Positions 18,546 to 28,203 of a stretch of 55,972 nt of DNA are shown piece by piece. The stretch comes from Gammaproteobacteria bacterium. Lineage in GTDB: Bacteria; Pseudomonadota; Gammaproteobacteria; GCA-001735895. Every line of letters starts with the position of its first letter. Positions within the stretch are counted from its first letter, which is position 1. Under the pieces are notes generated by a model that was not told the DNA's origin, made no database searches, and saw only the letters and a list, made by a program, of their open reading frames with translations. A program made the translations under genes and the position numbers. The DNA lies in assembly GCA_047622345.1 (NCBI GenBank), contig JBLHOA010000001.1:1-55972 (forward strand), in the 5' to 3' direction.

Positions 18546-18810
18546 GTCGATATCCAATTAGTGCTGCGATGGCTAATTCTGCCACATTTTCCGTTAATTG
18601 AGCATAATTACATCCGCCGTAAATTCGATTTTCAAGTCGCTGTTATCAACTTAGCTAATCGGTGCTTGCTTTTGTCGCAGTGACTGTTGAGAATAATGTC
18701 TTCCCCGAGACGATGTTTCTACTAATTTTTATTCTAAATCTTCAGTTTTTTAATTCTTTTGAAGTACCGGCCGAGGGCAGATTTAATCTGACCGATCTAA
18801 TAATAAAACT

Positions 18811-20364
18811 ATGAATTTATTCAAACGCCCTAAGCCGACTGTTTCGCATACCTCATTTTCTATTCTATTTATCACCGTATTGTTCGTGTTCAGTAACCTG
18901 ATCAATATGGATAAGCTGACCATTTGGTTTCATCGGGCCGATGCAATAGATTACAGCGGCCTTGGCGCCTACCTGATATTCGCACTGGGAATATGCATCG
19001 CTACTTTTATTCTTATTGCGCATCGCTGGACGATAAAACCAGCCGCTATTTTGTTGGTTGTTATGAGCGCGATGGCGACCTATTTTATTGCCAAATACAA
19101 TGTTGCCGTCGATCGTTCGATGATCATGAATACCATTCACACCGATGTCAGTGAAGTGACTGGCTTGTTGTCGATACAGATGATTCCGTACTTTTTATTC
19201 CTGGTATTGCTGCCGGTTTTGATCATCGTCAAAGTCAATATCAGCTTTAGCCGCCCGCTGAAGTACCTGTCCGCATCGTTAATTTTATTCATCATCAGTC
19301 TATCGCTGGCGACCGGGATGTTGTATTTGCAATACAACAGTATTCACCGCGCGGGAAACCTGTCCAACAAATATATTATTCATTCGCTGGTACCGTTAAA
19401 TATCATGGTCAGTTCCGCCAGTGGAATTCACCGTTCGATCCAGGCCTACAACCGACGGCATAAAAAGCCAGTTGTCATTACAGGCAGGGTAACCGAACCC
19501 GGCAACCTGGTGGTGGTGCTTGTTATCGGTGAATCGTCGCGGCAGAAAAGCTTTAGCCTTTATGGTTATGACGGCCAGGAGACCAACCCGGTATTATCGA
19601 AAATCCCCGGCCTCACTACGCTAAATGGTATTGCACGTGTCGGCTCTACTTTGCTCGCCCTGCCTGAAATTCTGGAAAAAAAAGAGGTGAAGCTACCCGC
19701 GATTACCTCGAAGCTGGGCATAGATACGGCCTGCTACGTTAACTATACCCTGTACGATAACTGCGATGCCGTTGGCGAAATCAAGGTAAGTGACTGTGCT
19801 CACGAAGGTAAATGTTACGACGAAGATGTCATTCCGTTGCTCGAAAAAAATCTGGAATCCTACGTTTCGGGTTACCGCATGGTTGTTCTGCATCTGGGTG
19901 GCGGCAGCCATGGCCCTAAATACCGAGACCGATACCCGCCCGAATTTCAACGATTCAACCCGCAATGCCTGGAAGCAGATCTGGTGAATTATTGTAGTAT
20001 CGAGCAAATTTATAATTCCTACGACAACACCATTCTTTATGTGGATTACGTACTCGGAAAAATTATAGGCAAACTCGACGCATCGAAGGCACCTTATGTA
20101 TTTATCTACTTGTCCGACCATGGCGAGTCATTGCTGGAAAACGATCGCATCTTTCACGGCATGCCTCCGGGGATCCCGCTGCCCGCGGAACAGGCCCAGG
20201 TTCCATTGATAGTGAAGTCATCGATTCCAATTAGCATTGTGCAGCGCGACGAATATAGTCAGCAATCGGTATACGACACCGTGCTTGCTTTGTTCTCCAT
20301 CGAGACAGATATTCTGGATAAGGATAGTGTTTTCCTCAAAATAATCCCTCCCGGGGGTAGCTGA
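18811..20364 (+). CDS. Phosphoethanolamine transferase (EptA/EptB/MCR family)
   Basis: 517 aa. An N-terminal domain with about 5 TM segments is followed by a sulfatase-fold domain. Its motifs are VVLVIGESSRQKSFSLYGY, HLGGGSHGPKYRDRYP, YDNTILYVDY and IYLSDHGESL, colinear with the MCR-1/EptA catalytic motifs. Confidence 0.85.
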   Translation: MNLFKRPKPTVSHTSFSILFITVLFVFSNLINMDKLTIWFHRADAIDYSGLGAYLIFALGICIATFILIAHRWTIKPAAILLVVMSAMATYFIAKYNVAVDRSMIMNTIHTDVSEVTGLLSIQMIPYFLFLVLLPVLIIVKVNISFSRPLKYLSASLILFIISLSLATGMLYLQYNSIHRAGNLSNKYIIHSLVPLNIMVSSASGIHRSIQAYNRRHKKPVVITGRVTEPGNLVVVLVIGESSRQKSFSLYGYDGQETNPVLSKIPGLTTLNGIARVGSTLLALPEILEKKEVKLPAITSKLGIDTACYVNYTLYDNCDAVGEIKVSDCAHEGKCYDEDVIPLLEKNLESYVSGYRMVVLHLGGGSHGPKYRDRYPPEFQRFNPQCLEADLVNYCSIEQIYNSYDNTILYVDYVLGKIIGKLDASKAPYVFIYLSDHGESLLENDRIFHGMPPGIPLPAEQAQVPLIVKSSIPISIVQRDEYSQQSVYDTVLALFSIETDILDKDSVFLKIIPPGGS

Positions 20365-20502
20365 AAAAAATAACGGACTGTTTATGCGGTGAGCTTTAAG
20401 GGCTTCTTCAGCAAAGATCAAGTAAACTTTGTCCCCAAAATTAGTAATTCCTCAGTCAGGCATGCTATAAGTTGGTACGTTTTGTATTAATGGCGTATTT
20501 GC

Positions 20503-21213
20503 ATGAAAAAATCCACACTGCTGAAAACGCCATTTCGCTTCGATGTGATCGCGTTTTTATCCTGTATCGCTTTTTTTCTGGTATGGCCCGATCTTGACCT
20601 CATGGTCAGCGAATTGTTTTACGATTCGGGGCAGGGTGGTTTTTTCCTGAAATATCACGTCCTCGCCGAAACTATCTACCGACTCACCGACATTATCGGA
20701 ATTACGCTAGTCGTAGGCTTACCCGCATTGGTCGCCATCAGCTACCTGGCAAAAATCGATTTCCTGGCCCAGGGCAGGACATCGATAATTTTTCTGTTAA
20801 CGGTTTGTATTATTGGACCGGGATTGATGGTGAATCTGGTTTTAAAAGATAATTGGGGTCGCCCTCGACCACGCCAGGTCATCGAGTTCGGTGGCGAGCG
20901 ACTCTACCAGCCCGCACTATCGCCAACCTTTGAATGCAACAAATGCTACTCGTTTGTCAGTGGCCACGCCTCGGTGGGCTTTTTCTTTTTTGCATTTGCC
21001 CTGTTAGCTAGAAATCGAAAATGGTTATGGCTGCCAGTGCTAGCTGGCGCCGTTATCGGCGGAACCAGGGTGGTACAGGGGGCGCACTTTTTCTCCGACG
21101 TCGTATTCTCGGGTTGGGTGGTCTGGTTTTGCAGTCTGCTGTTATACCAGTATTTCTTTGCTTTTAAGAAAGTTAGAAGCGATGTCGATCTGACGATTCC
21201 AGCGAAGGCTTAA
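20503..21213 (+). CDS. PAP2-family membrane phosphatase
   Basis: 236 aa and polytopic. The full acid-phosphatase signature is present: KDNWGRPRP, SFVSGHAS and TRVVQGAHFFSD (KX6RP - SGH - (S/T)RX5HX3D). Confidence 0.88.
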   Translation: MKKSTLLKTPFRFDVIAFLSCIAFFLVWPDLDLMVSELFYDSGQGGFFLKYHVLAETIYRLTDIIGITLVVGLPALVAISYLAKIDFLAQGRTSIIFLLTVCIIGPGLMVNLVLKDNWGRPRPRQVIEFGGERLYQPALSPTFECNKCYSFVSGHASVGFFFFAFALLARNRKWLWLPVLAGAVIGGTRVVQGAHFFSDVVFSGWVVWFCSLLLYQYFFAFKKVRSDVDLTIPAKA

Positions 21214-21544
21214 CTTAGACGGTGACCAGCCGATTTCAAGTCAGGAAATTCCGCATTCAACTCCCCGCTCAACTCTACACTCAACGATGGCATCGGCTTG
21301 CCATAGTCGTGGATAAATCATCCGGTTCCTGCATTGCGCAAGCCATCGGCTAACCCGGTTCGATTACTACCAGCGAGAGCCGTCCAGGATGTCAGGTTTT
21401 ACTGGTTTGTCAGGCCTGTGCAAGACATAAGTTCAATAATTTCCCATATATGAGCTATAAACTATCTTACGCATAAGCACGGATTGTCTAAGCGGTCTTG
21501 ACCAGCATGTAATCGATTAATCAACCTGGGCTTAATCTGAAAAT

Positions 21545-24172
21545 ATGGGAAACACATACGGCGTTTATAGCGAATCTCTGTTACGTATTGTAAAAGGTAA
21601 AGCGCTTCACAGCGGAGATCCGGTTCAATCCTTCGAGGAGATCACCGAGGCCGCATCCAACACGCTGAAGGTTGAGCGCGTTGGTATCTGGATACATGCG
21701 GATGATCACCGCAGTACTCGATGCGTCAACCTGTATAATCTTGCCACAGATTCCCATAGCAGCGCCGTTGATCTGTACGAAGAGGACTTTCCAAACTATT
21801 TCGCTGCCTTGAATGAGGACCGCGTTATTGATGCCTGCGATGCGTATCGCGACCCGCGCACCTGTGAGTTTTCCGAAACCTACTTGCCGCTATACGGTAT
21901 ATCCTCAATGTTAGACGCCCCGATTCGTTTTGCCGGGCGCACCATTGGCATCATCTGTATCGAACACGTCGGCGAACAACGGCAGTGGACTTCCGATGAA
22001 ATTACCTTCGCCGCCTCGCTTGCGGACCTGATCACACATGCGCTTGAAGCACAAAAGCTCAAGAGTGCTGAAATAGCCCTTATTGAAAGCGAAGATCGTT
22101 ACCGTAGGGCCGCCTTTCTGACCAGAACCGGTCACCAAATCTGGGACGAGGTAGCCGACAAGTCGATTTACTGTTCTATCGAACTTGCCGAACTGTATGG
22201 TGTTTCAGTCGAAGAATATATGCGTCGTTCGTCGTCAATAGAGAAGGATCTGGAATGGTATCACCCCGATGATCGGGAACGCTACGATGACGTTGCGCGG
22301 ACAGCATTTAAAAATAAAACCGGGTATGACATTGTCGCAAGAATTATTCGTGCGGATGGTGAAGTCAGGTACATCCACGAAATCACCGACGTTAAACTCG
22401 ATGTCGATGGCAAGGTGTTGCAAACCATAGGTGCCATCCAGGACATTACCGAGCGTAAATTGATCGAAGAGGAATTGCGAACGCAAAGCCAGATCATTAC
22501 TAACATGATCGAGGGCGCACTGTTAATCCGTTTAAGTGACGGCATCATTGTCTATGCCAACCCTTCTGCCGAAAAAATGTTCGGCTACGCGCCCGACCAA
22601 CTCACCGGGAAGTGTAGTGCCCTTTTACAGGGGTCTGGCGACCTGGCACTAACAGAGCCAAATCTGGACATCCTGCGGCATCTTGGAAAAAGTGATCAAT
22701 GGCACGGTGAAATTCTCAATGTGAAACAAGATGCCAGCGAATTCTGGTGTTCAGTCAACATAAGCATGCTCGAACACCCGGTACACGGTCGCGTCGGGGT
22801 GTTTGTCGGCTCCGATGTTACCGAACGCCGGTTGGCTATTGAAAAGCTTGGGTATCAGGCCCGGCATGATGGTTTAACCGGGCTGATCAATCGCAACGAA
22901 TTTGAGTCCCGCCTGAATCAGCTCATTGAAAAGACCCGAAGACAGCCCGGAGAGCATGCCCTGTGCTACATGGACCTCGATCAATTCAAGGTTGTTAACG
23001 ATAGCTGCGGACATACTGCCGGCGATGAACTACTGCGCCAGCTGGGGCAGGTTTTGCACGAAGCGGTGCGCCAATGTGACACGCTGGCCCGACTCGGTGG
23101 AGACGAGTTCGGCATCATCATGGAAGATTGTTCGCTCAGTCAGGCGCAATGGGCCGTTGCCGCCTTGCAAACTACCATTCAGGATTTCCAGTTCAGGTGG
23201 GAAGGCCAGTCCTTTCGCATCGGTGTCAGCATCGGGCTGGTAGCGATCAATGAATCGACGCCCTCGTTGACCGAGTTAATGAAACACGCCGATGCCGCCT
23301 GTTACATGGCCAAAGACCTGGGCAGAAACCGGATTCACGTTTATCACCCTGAAGATGCTGAAATTGCGCAACGCCATGGGGAGATGCAATGGATTTCGAG
23401 AATTAATCAGGCGCTGGTCGATAATCGTTTTGTCCTCTTTGCGCAGGAGATATTACGTCTTGACTCGGATCCGGGGCAGCACTATGAAGTGTTGCTGCGA
23501 ATGATCGACGAGCAGGGCAATCTGGTTCCTCCCGGTGCCTTTCTGCCTGCCGCCGAGCGCTACGAAATTATCGACAAGCTCGACGTCTGGGTGATCGAGA
23601 ACACGTTGGCAAGAATGGCCGCGCACAATGAAAAATTCGGATGGCTGCCGTTAATTTCAATCAACTTGTCTGGCCCTTCATTGACCAAGCCCGGGTTTTT
23701 AGAGCTGGTGATTTCGCAAATCAATAAATACAGCATCAGCCCCGATCGACTTTGTTTTGAAGTAACCGAAACAGCGGCCATTTCCAATTTGAAGTCGGCG
23801 ACAAGGTTCATCGAACAACTCAAGGCGCGGGGTTGTTGCTTTGCCCTCGACGATTTTGGCAGCGGCCTGTCATCTTTCGGCTATTTGAAGAATTTACCAG
23901 TCGACTACCTGAAGATCGACGGCATGTTCGTGAAGGACATGGTCGATGATCCTATCGATTGTTCGATGGTGAAATCTATCAACGACATCGGTCAGGTAAT
24001 GGGCATGGAAACCATCGCCGAATTTGTTGAAAACGATGAAATCAAACAAATGTTGATCGAAATAGGCGTCGATTGTGTACAGGGTTACGGTATTGGCAAA
24101 CCGCAGGACTTTGTCGATTTACTCGATCAATTAAGCAAACCACGCGCGTCGCAGATTCTGGTTGCAGTGTAG
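21545..24172 (+). CDS. GAF-PAS-PAS-GGDEF-EAL cyclic-di-GMP signalling protein
   Basis: 875 aa. GGDEF site ARLGGDEFGIIM, EAL-domain motifs YEVLLRM, EVTETAAI and DDFGSGLSSFGYL, plus an N-terminal GAF and two PAS-like segments. Confidence 0.9.
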   Translation: MGNTYGVYSESLLRIVKGKALHSGDPVQSFEEITEAASNTLKVERVGIWIHADDHRSTRCVNLYNLATDSHSSAVDLYEEDFPNYFAALNEDRVIDACDAYRDPRTCEFSETYLPLYGISSMLDAPIRFAGRTIGIICIEHVGEQRQWTSDEITFAASLADLITHALEAQKLKSAEIALIESEDRYRRAAFLTRTGHQIWDEVADKSIYCSIELAELYGVSVEEYMRRSSSIEKDLEWYHPDDRERYDDVARTAFKNKTGYDIVARIIRADGEVRYIHEITDVKLDVDGKVLQTIGAIQDITERKLIEEELRTQSQIITNMIEGALLIRLSDGIIVYANPSAEKMFGYAPDQLTGKCSALLQGSGDLALTEPNLDILRHLGKSDQWHGEILNVKQDASEFWCSVNISMLEHPVHGRVGVFVGSDVTERRLAIEKLGYQARHDGLTGLINRNEFESRLNQLIEKTRRQPGEHALCYMDLDQFKVVNDSCGHTAGDELLRQLGQVLHEAVRQCDTLARLGGDEFGIIMEDCSLSQAQWAVAALQTTIQDFQFRWEGQSFRIGVSIGLVAINESTPSLTELMKHADAACYMAKDLGRNRIHVYHPEDAEIAQRHGEMQWISRINQALVDNRFVLFAQEILRLDSDPGQHYEVLLRMIDEQGNLVPPGAFLPAAERYEIIDKLDVWVIENTLARMAAHNEKFGWLPLISINLSGPSLTKPGFLELVISQINKYSISPDRLCFEVTETAAISNLKSATRFIEQLKARGCCFALDDFGSGLSSFGYLKNLPVDYLKIDGMFVKDMVDDPIDCSMVKSINDIGQVMGMETIAEFVENDEIKQMLIEIGVDCVQGYGIGKPQDFVDLLDQLSKPRASQILVAV

Positions 24173-24218
24173 CCGGTAGATAAACAGCTTCAATTTCATC
24201 GGTCGCAGCATTGCTGAA

Positions 24219-25049
24219 CTAGTCTGGTATGCAGGTCTTTAAGAAATCATTCAATAGTCGATTACATTGCTGTGGTCGTTCCCAGAACATCATATGTTCG
24301 CCCAGGGCCGCAATTGTAGCGTTGGGGGTGAATTCGGCAGCCCAGCGCGTGACGATTTCACCACTATCTTTTCGTACCAGGTAGAGCAGGGGCAGGCGGC
24401 CATCGAGCGCGATCAAGTCATCGCGAAAATCCAGGAAATTCGCAGTGGCATTTAACAAAGCAGCTGCGCTGTCGGGGGTTTGCCTGGTCAGTTCCAATAA
24501 CCACTGAATACTGTCTTCGGACTTGTCCTCGAGCATCCACTCGACAAATTCCCGGTTAGTACTGTCGCGATCACGCAGGCGCCCCATGGTGTAGAACTCC
24601 TGTTGCCGATCCCGGTCATCACGGCAATAGGTGACCCAGTCGGTCTGGTTGTTTTCCCCGGTCGCGCGCGGCGGCCCATCGAGCATGATCAGCCCCGATA
24701 GCAGACCAGCGCCAAATTGATTGAGATAAGATAATATCGCCAGGGTGCCGAAGGACCAGCCGCATAGCACGATATTTTTCAGCTCGAGCAAATCGATCAA
24801 TGCCTTCAAATCGCGGCCGTGCTGCTCGTAAAAATGGCCGCCGGCTGTTTTGCTACTGCGCCCATGCGCGCGCGGGTCGAAGCTGACGAATCGATAGTCC
24901 TGACTGTCGGCGAAAAAATCGCACTGATGTCGGAAAACTTCGGTGGTCATAGTCCAGCCTGGCACCATTAACAGCGTGACATCCCCGTGGCCGCTTTCTT
25001 CTACGTATAACGACAATTCTGTATCAATTGGTATTAGTTTAGCGCTCAC
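24219..25049 (-). CDS. Alpha/beta-fold hydrolase
   Basis: 276 aa. HG-type oxyanion region (LLMVPGWTM), nucleophile elbow GWSFGT and a C-terminal His (GEHMMFWERP). Last gene of a co-directional six-gene block. Confidence 0.8.
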   Translation of the reverse strand: MSAKLIPIDTELSLYVEESGHGDVTLLMVPGWTMTTEVFRHQCDFFADSQDYRFVSFDPRAHGRSSKTAGGHFYEQHGRDLKALIDLLELKNIVLCGWSFGTLAILSYLNQFGAGLLSGLIMLDGPPRATGENNQTDWVTYCRDDRDRQQEFYTMGRLRDRDSTNREFVEWMLEDKSEDSIQWLLELTRQTPDSAAALLNATANFLDFRDDLIALDGRLPLLYLVRKDSGEIVTRWAAEFTPNATIAALGEHMMFWERPQQCNRLLNDFLKTCIPD

Positions 25050-25060
25050 CTGTTGCCTCG

Positions 25061-25696
25061 CTAAGCTCGTACTTTCTGGTATTTCAAGATATGGAAACTG
25101 CCGCGTTTACTCCGTTTCACCTCGATTTCGTCGATTGCTTTGAAATGGCAGGCTAATAGCGCCTGGCGTACCGCATCAACCGAATAGAGAATAAAACCCT
25201 GGTCGCTATAGCCAGCCTGTTGCAGTCTGTCGGCTGAACCCAGCCCGATTACCACTATCCCGCCGACCCGGCTAATCCGCTCCATTTCGCTAAAACACTT
25301 GCCAAGGTCGGGCCAGAAGTAAACGGTATTAACACTGCAAACGCGGTCGAATTGTGCGTCGTCGAAGGGCAGGGACTCGGCCCGCGACGCTTGCAGCTGC
25401 AACGCCAATGGATTGCGGCATTGTCGCTTTTTATGTTCGGCCATTTTCAGCATAGCTGCTGACGGATCTACCCCGTAGACCGAACCGCTCCCGATCGCCT
25501 CGACTATCTTGAAAAGCAGGTCACCCCCACCAAAACCAATTTCTAAAACCCGTGAATCTTCAGCGATGTCGAGTGCCGAAAATACCAACTGATTTGATTG
25601 CGCATTGGCCCGGTTGAGTAAAAAGCCGGTGATGAATCGGCCGAACAAGCCCGATGGGTTGGCATATTGCCGCGCGAAAAATCGACTGACTTTCAC
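25061..25696 (-). CDS. Class I SAM-dependent methyltransferase
   Basis: 211 aa. Motif I VLEIGFGGGDL. A GTGA start/stop overlap links it to the upstream methyltransferase gene. Confidence 0.8.
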   Translation of the reverse strand: MKVSRFFARQYANPSGLFGRFITGFLLNRANAQSNQLVFSALDIAEDSRVLEIGFGGGDLLFKIVEAIGSGSVYGVDPSAAMLKMAEHKKRQCRNPLALQLQASRAESLPFDDAQFDRVCSVNTVYFWPDLGKCFSEMERISRVGGIVVIGLGSADRLQQAGYSDQGFILYSVDAVRQALLACHFKAIDEIEVKRSKRGSFHILKYQKVRA

Positions 25697-26385
25697 GGCT
25701 GTGTTTTTTTCAAGGCAAAATACCAGGCATCGACGCCTTCGTCGACCATATAGGCCTGCTTGGCTGATTCGAGCAATTTCCAGGCACCGCAGTCGATGTA
25801 TTGCTCGATGGCCGAACTGAATTCGCCGCTATCGTAGACCCCTTCGTTAACCGTAAACACGATAATTCCACCCACTCGGGTAATACGCAATAATTCCGCA
25901 AACAGCGATGGGCCTAAATGACTATGCGTAAAAACGCCAACACAGATCGTTGCCTGGTAGGCGGCATCGGCAACCGGTATACCTTGATCGGCATCGCAGG
26001 TGAATAGATGGCGATAGCCCCGGTGGTGCGCATGTTCGAGCATTTCGGGCGACAGGTCAGTACCATCAAAACAGTGGAACCCGGTGGCCTGCAAATGCTG
26101 ACCGACGAGGCCGGTGCCGCAGCCGATATCAATAATCGGCGCTTGTCGATCTTGCAGGAACTTTGCCAATAGAGCGACTGCATTGGGCTGAGAAACCGTG
26201 CCGAGCTTTTCATTGTTATCTACGTCGTAGCTATCGGCCCAGTCGGCATAAATCGTTTTTAACTGACCCGAACTATCCCGGTTCTGGTCGATGTGGTGAT
26301 AACGTTCGACCCCGTGTTTAAGCGATGTCTTAGGTTTTTTCATGCAATTCCGACCGATGGTTTTTGCGGTATTCAATTCTGCCAC
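25693..26385 (-). CDS. Class I SAM-dependent methyltransferase
   Basis: Motif I IIDIGCGTGLVG and post-I DGTDLSPEML. The start is ambiguous between GTG 26385 and ATG 26343 (MKKPKTS...). Confidence 0.8.
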   Translation of the reverse strand: MAELNTAKTIGRNCMKKPKTSLKHGVERYHHIDQNRDSSGQLKTIYADWADSYDVDNNEKLGTVSQPNAVALLAKFLQDRQAPIIDIGCGTGLVGQHLQATGFHCFDGTDLSPEMLEHAHHRGYRHLFTCDADQGIPVADAAYQATICVGVFTHSHLGPSLFAELLRITRVGGIIVFTVNEGVYDSGEFSSAIEQYIDCGAWKLLESAKQAYMVDEGVDAWYFALKKTQP

Positions 26386-26446
26386 AAACCCCGTTGGCAG
26401 GGCGACCCTCGTTGTAGTGGTTTAGGTTCCTGGGTTCGACCTGGTC

Positions 26447-27856
26447 TCATCGCTGAGACGAAACGGTTAGACGGGCGAATTCGCCAAGCGCAATCGGCTT
26501 GATCGGTGAGCGCAGTCGATAATAGCCAACCGATTCGATCGATGCGCCGGTTATGTCGGCAATGAGTTCGCTTACCGTCAGTCCGCAGAAGCGGCCCTGG
26601 CAGGGACCCATGCCGCAGCGGCTGAAGCTCTTCAATTGATTCGGGCCGACGCAACCCAGCGCGATCGCCTCGCGCAGCTGGCCGAGGGTTACTTCTTCGC
26701 AACGGCACAGAATAACGTCATCGTGGCGAGGCTTACGAAACTGTTCGGCGGGTTTGAACAGGACATCCAGAAAAGCGCGTAAGCCTTTTTCGCGCGACAG
26801 CAATTCGTGTTCGGGCTGCGCTAGTTGATCGCGCAGGTTTTTTTCGATCAGGCCGAGCTGGTTAAGCACGCCTAAGGCAGCAATGCGTCCGCTACGCTGC
26901 GCTGCGATGGCGCCGCCGATGCTGGCACCATCCCCTGCAACCGCAATTCCACCGACGCTCGATTGGTACCAGGCGTCGACGACAACATTCCAGCAAAGCT
27001 GTGTCGGATTCCAGTGGCATTCACAACCGACGGCGCGGCTCATATTGATGTTAGGGACAATCCCCTGATGCAGTAAAACATGCTCGCATTCGAGTTTCTG
27101 CCAGCGCCCCGACCGATGAAATTCAACAGCGTTTGCGGCACGGTCGCCGAGTATGCGCAGGTCAGCAATGCGATTCAGAATGGGCACCCCCGCCTTTTTT
27201 ATTTCCCGCTTCCATTGCCAGCCCTGGTAAATTTTATCGGCACCGGTGAGTGCCTGCGGTAATCGGGGTAATGCACGCAGGTAGTTTCCGCTCGGGGTCA
27301 AATCGATGATCGCCTTGATGCGGATTCCCGCCTGCACATACTGATGGGCGAGCAGATAGAGCAAGGGTCCAGAGCCACAAAAAACCGCATCTTCGAAGGC
27401 AAGTTCGGATTCCTTGAGCAGAATTTGCGCGGCACCGGCGGTGAACACGCCGGGCAGGGTCCAGCCGGCCACCGGCATCGGGCGTTCCTGCGCGCCACTG
27501 GCAATTAAAATCTCTTTTGCGCGCAGCAGCCGGACCTCGCCGTCTTTTGAATAAGCCACTTCGCCGTAATCACTACTGTCGCCACGCGCGCTGATTTGCC
27601 AGACAGTGGCGCCGCCGACATAGCTGATATGGCTACTGCGAAACGCTTCAATCAGCCGCTGGCCGGCAACATAGGCATCACCGAGGTGGCTGCGCTGGCG
27701 CTTTGCATTCGCTTCGCTGGCGCGGTAAATCTGGCCACCGGGTGTGGGCTGTTCGTCGAGTAGCAGAATACTGTCGGTATATTTCGACGCGGCCTGTGCT
27801 GCGGCCAGCCCGGTAGGTCCGGCGCCGATGATAACCAGATCGTAGACTTCGCTCAT
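26447..27856 (-). CDS. FAD/NAD(P)-binding oxidoreductase, HcnB / OoxA / LhpF-like large subunit with BFD-like [2Fe-2S] region
   Basis: I start it at MSEVYDLVIIGAGPTGLAAA, where a Rossmann motif follows immediately. This ATG makes an ATGA overlap with the upstream gene stop. The C-terminal Cys cluster is CRCEEVT...CGMGPCQGRFCG. The longest ORF, to 27985, is a non-homologous extension. Confidence 0.8.
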   Translation of the reverse strand: MSEVYDLVIIGAGPTGLAAAQAASKYTDSILLLDEQPTPGGQIYRASEANAKRQRSHLGDAYVAGQRLIEAFRSSHISYVGGATVWQISARGDSSDYGEVAYSKDGEVRLLRAKEILIASGAQERPMPVAGWTLPGVFTAGAAQILLKESELAFEDAVFCGSGPLLYLLAHQYVQAGIRIKAIIDLTPSGNYLRALPRLPQALTGADKIYQGWQWKREIKKAGVPILNRIADLRILGDRAANAVEFHRSGRWQKLECEHVLLHQGIVPNINMSRAVGCECHWNPTQLCWNVVVDAWYQSSVGGIAVAGDGASIGGAIAAQRSGRIAALGVLNQLGLIEKNLRDQLAQPEHELLSREKGLRAFLDVLFKPAEQFRKPRHDDVILCRCEEVTLGQLREAIALGCVGPNQLKSFSRCGMGPCQGRFCGLTVSELIADITGASIESVGYYRLRSPIKPIALGEFARLTVSSQR

Positions 27857-28203
27857 GTCGGGCTTTCCGATTGGTTGCCTGCCGATTCCGCCGCCGTCGA
27901 TAATTGACGCTCGATGCACATGCCTTCGCGCACCGTCGTCATACAGGCTTGCTGGTTGACGACCCCGTCGATGATTACCAGGCAATCAAAGCACACTCCC
28001 ATCATGCAAAATGGAGCGCGTGGAGCGCCGCTTACCGGGGATACACGAAAGTGGGTAACCCCCGATTCGAGTAACGCCGCGGCAACATTCAAATGCGCGC
28101 GAACCCGAATGGACTTGCCATCAAAAACTATGTTCAATTCGGGAGAGTCTTTGCCTTGACCTGGGTTGTTAGCAATGAGGCTGCGATAAACTGGAATGAT
28201 CAT
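27853..28203 (-). CDS. Small (2Fe-2S)-binding subunit, HcnA / sarcosine-oxidase-alpha N-terminal-like
   Basis: 116 aa. FDGKSIRV...APFCMMGVCFDCLVIIDG. ATGA overlaps occur at both ends. Confidence 0.75.
   Translation of the reverse strand: MIIPVYRSLIANNPGQGKDSPELNIVFDGKSIRVRAHLNVAAALLESGVTHFRVSPVSGAPRAPFCMMGVCFDCLVIIDGVVNQQACMTTVREGMCIERQLSTAAESAGNQSESPT

Noticed and set aside
26400-26446. GGTTCGA (26433..26439), a T-loop-like tRNA signature, in the gap between the methyltransferase and HcnB-like genes.
   Set aside because: The flanking sequences are direct repeats (CCTGG...CCTGG), not complementary. No acceptor or anticodon stems can be drawn and the gap is only 61 nt.
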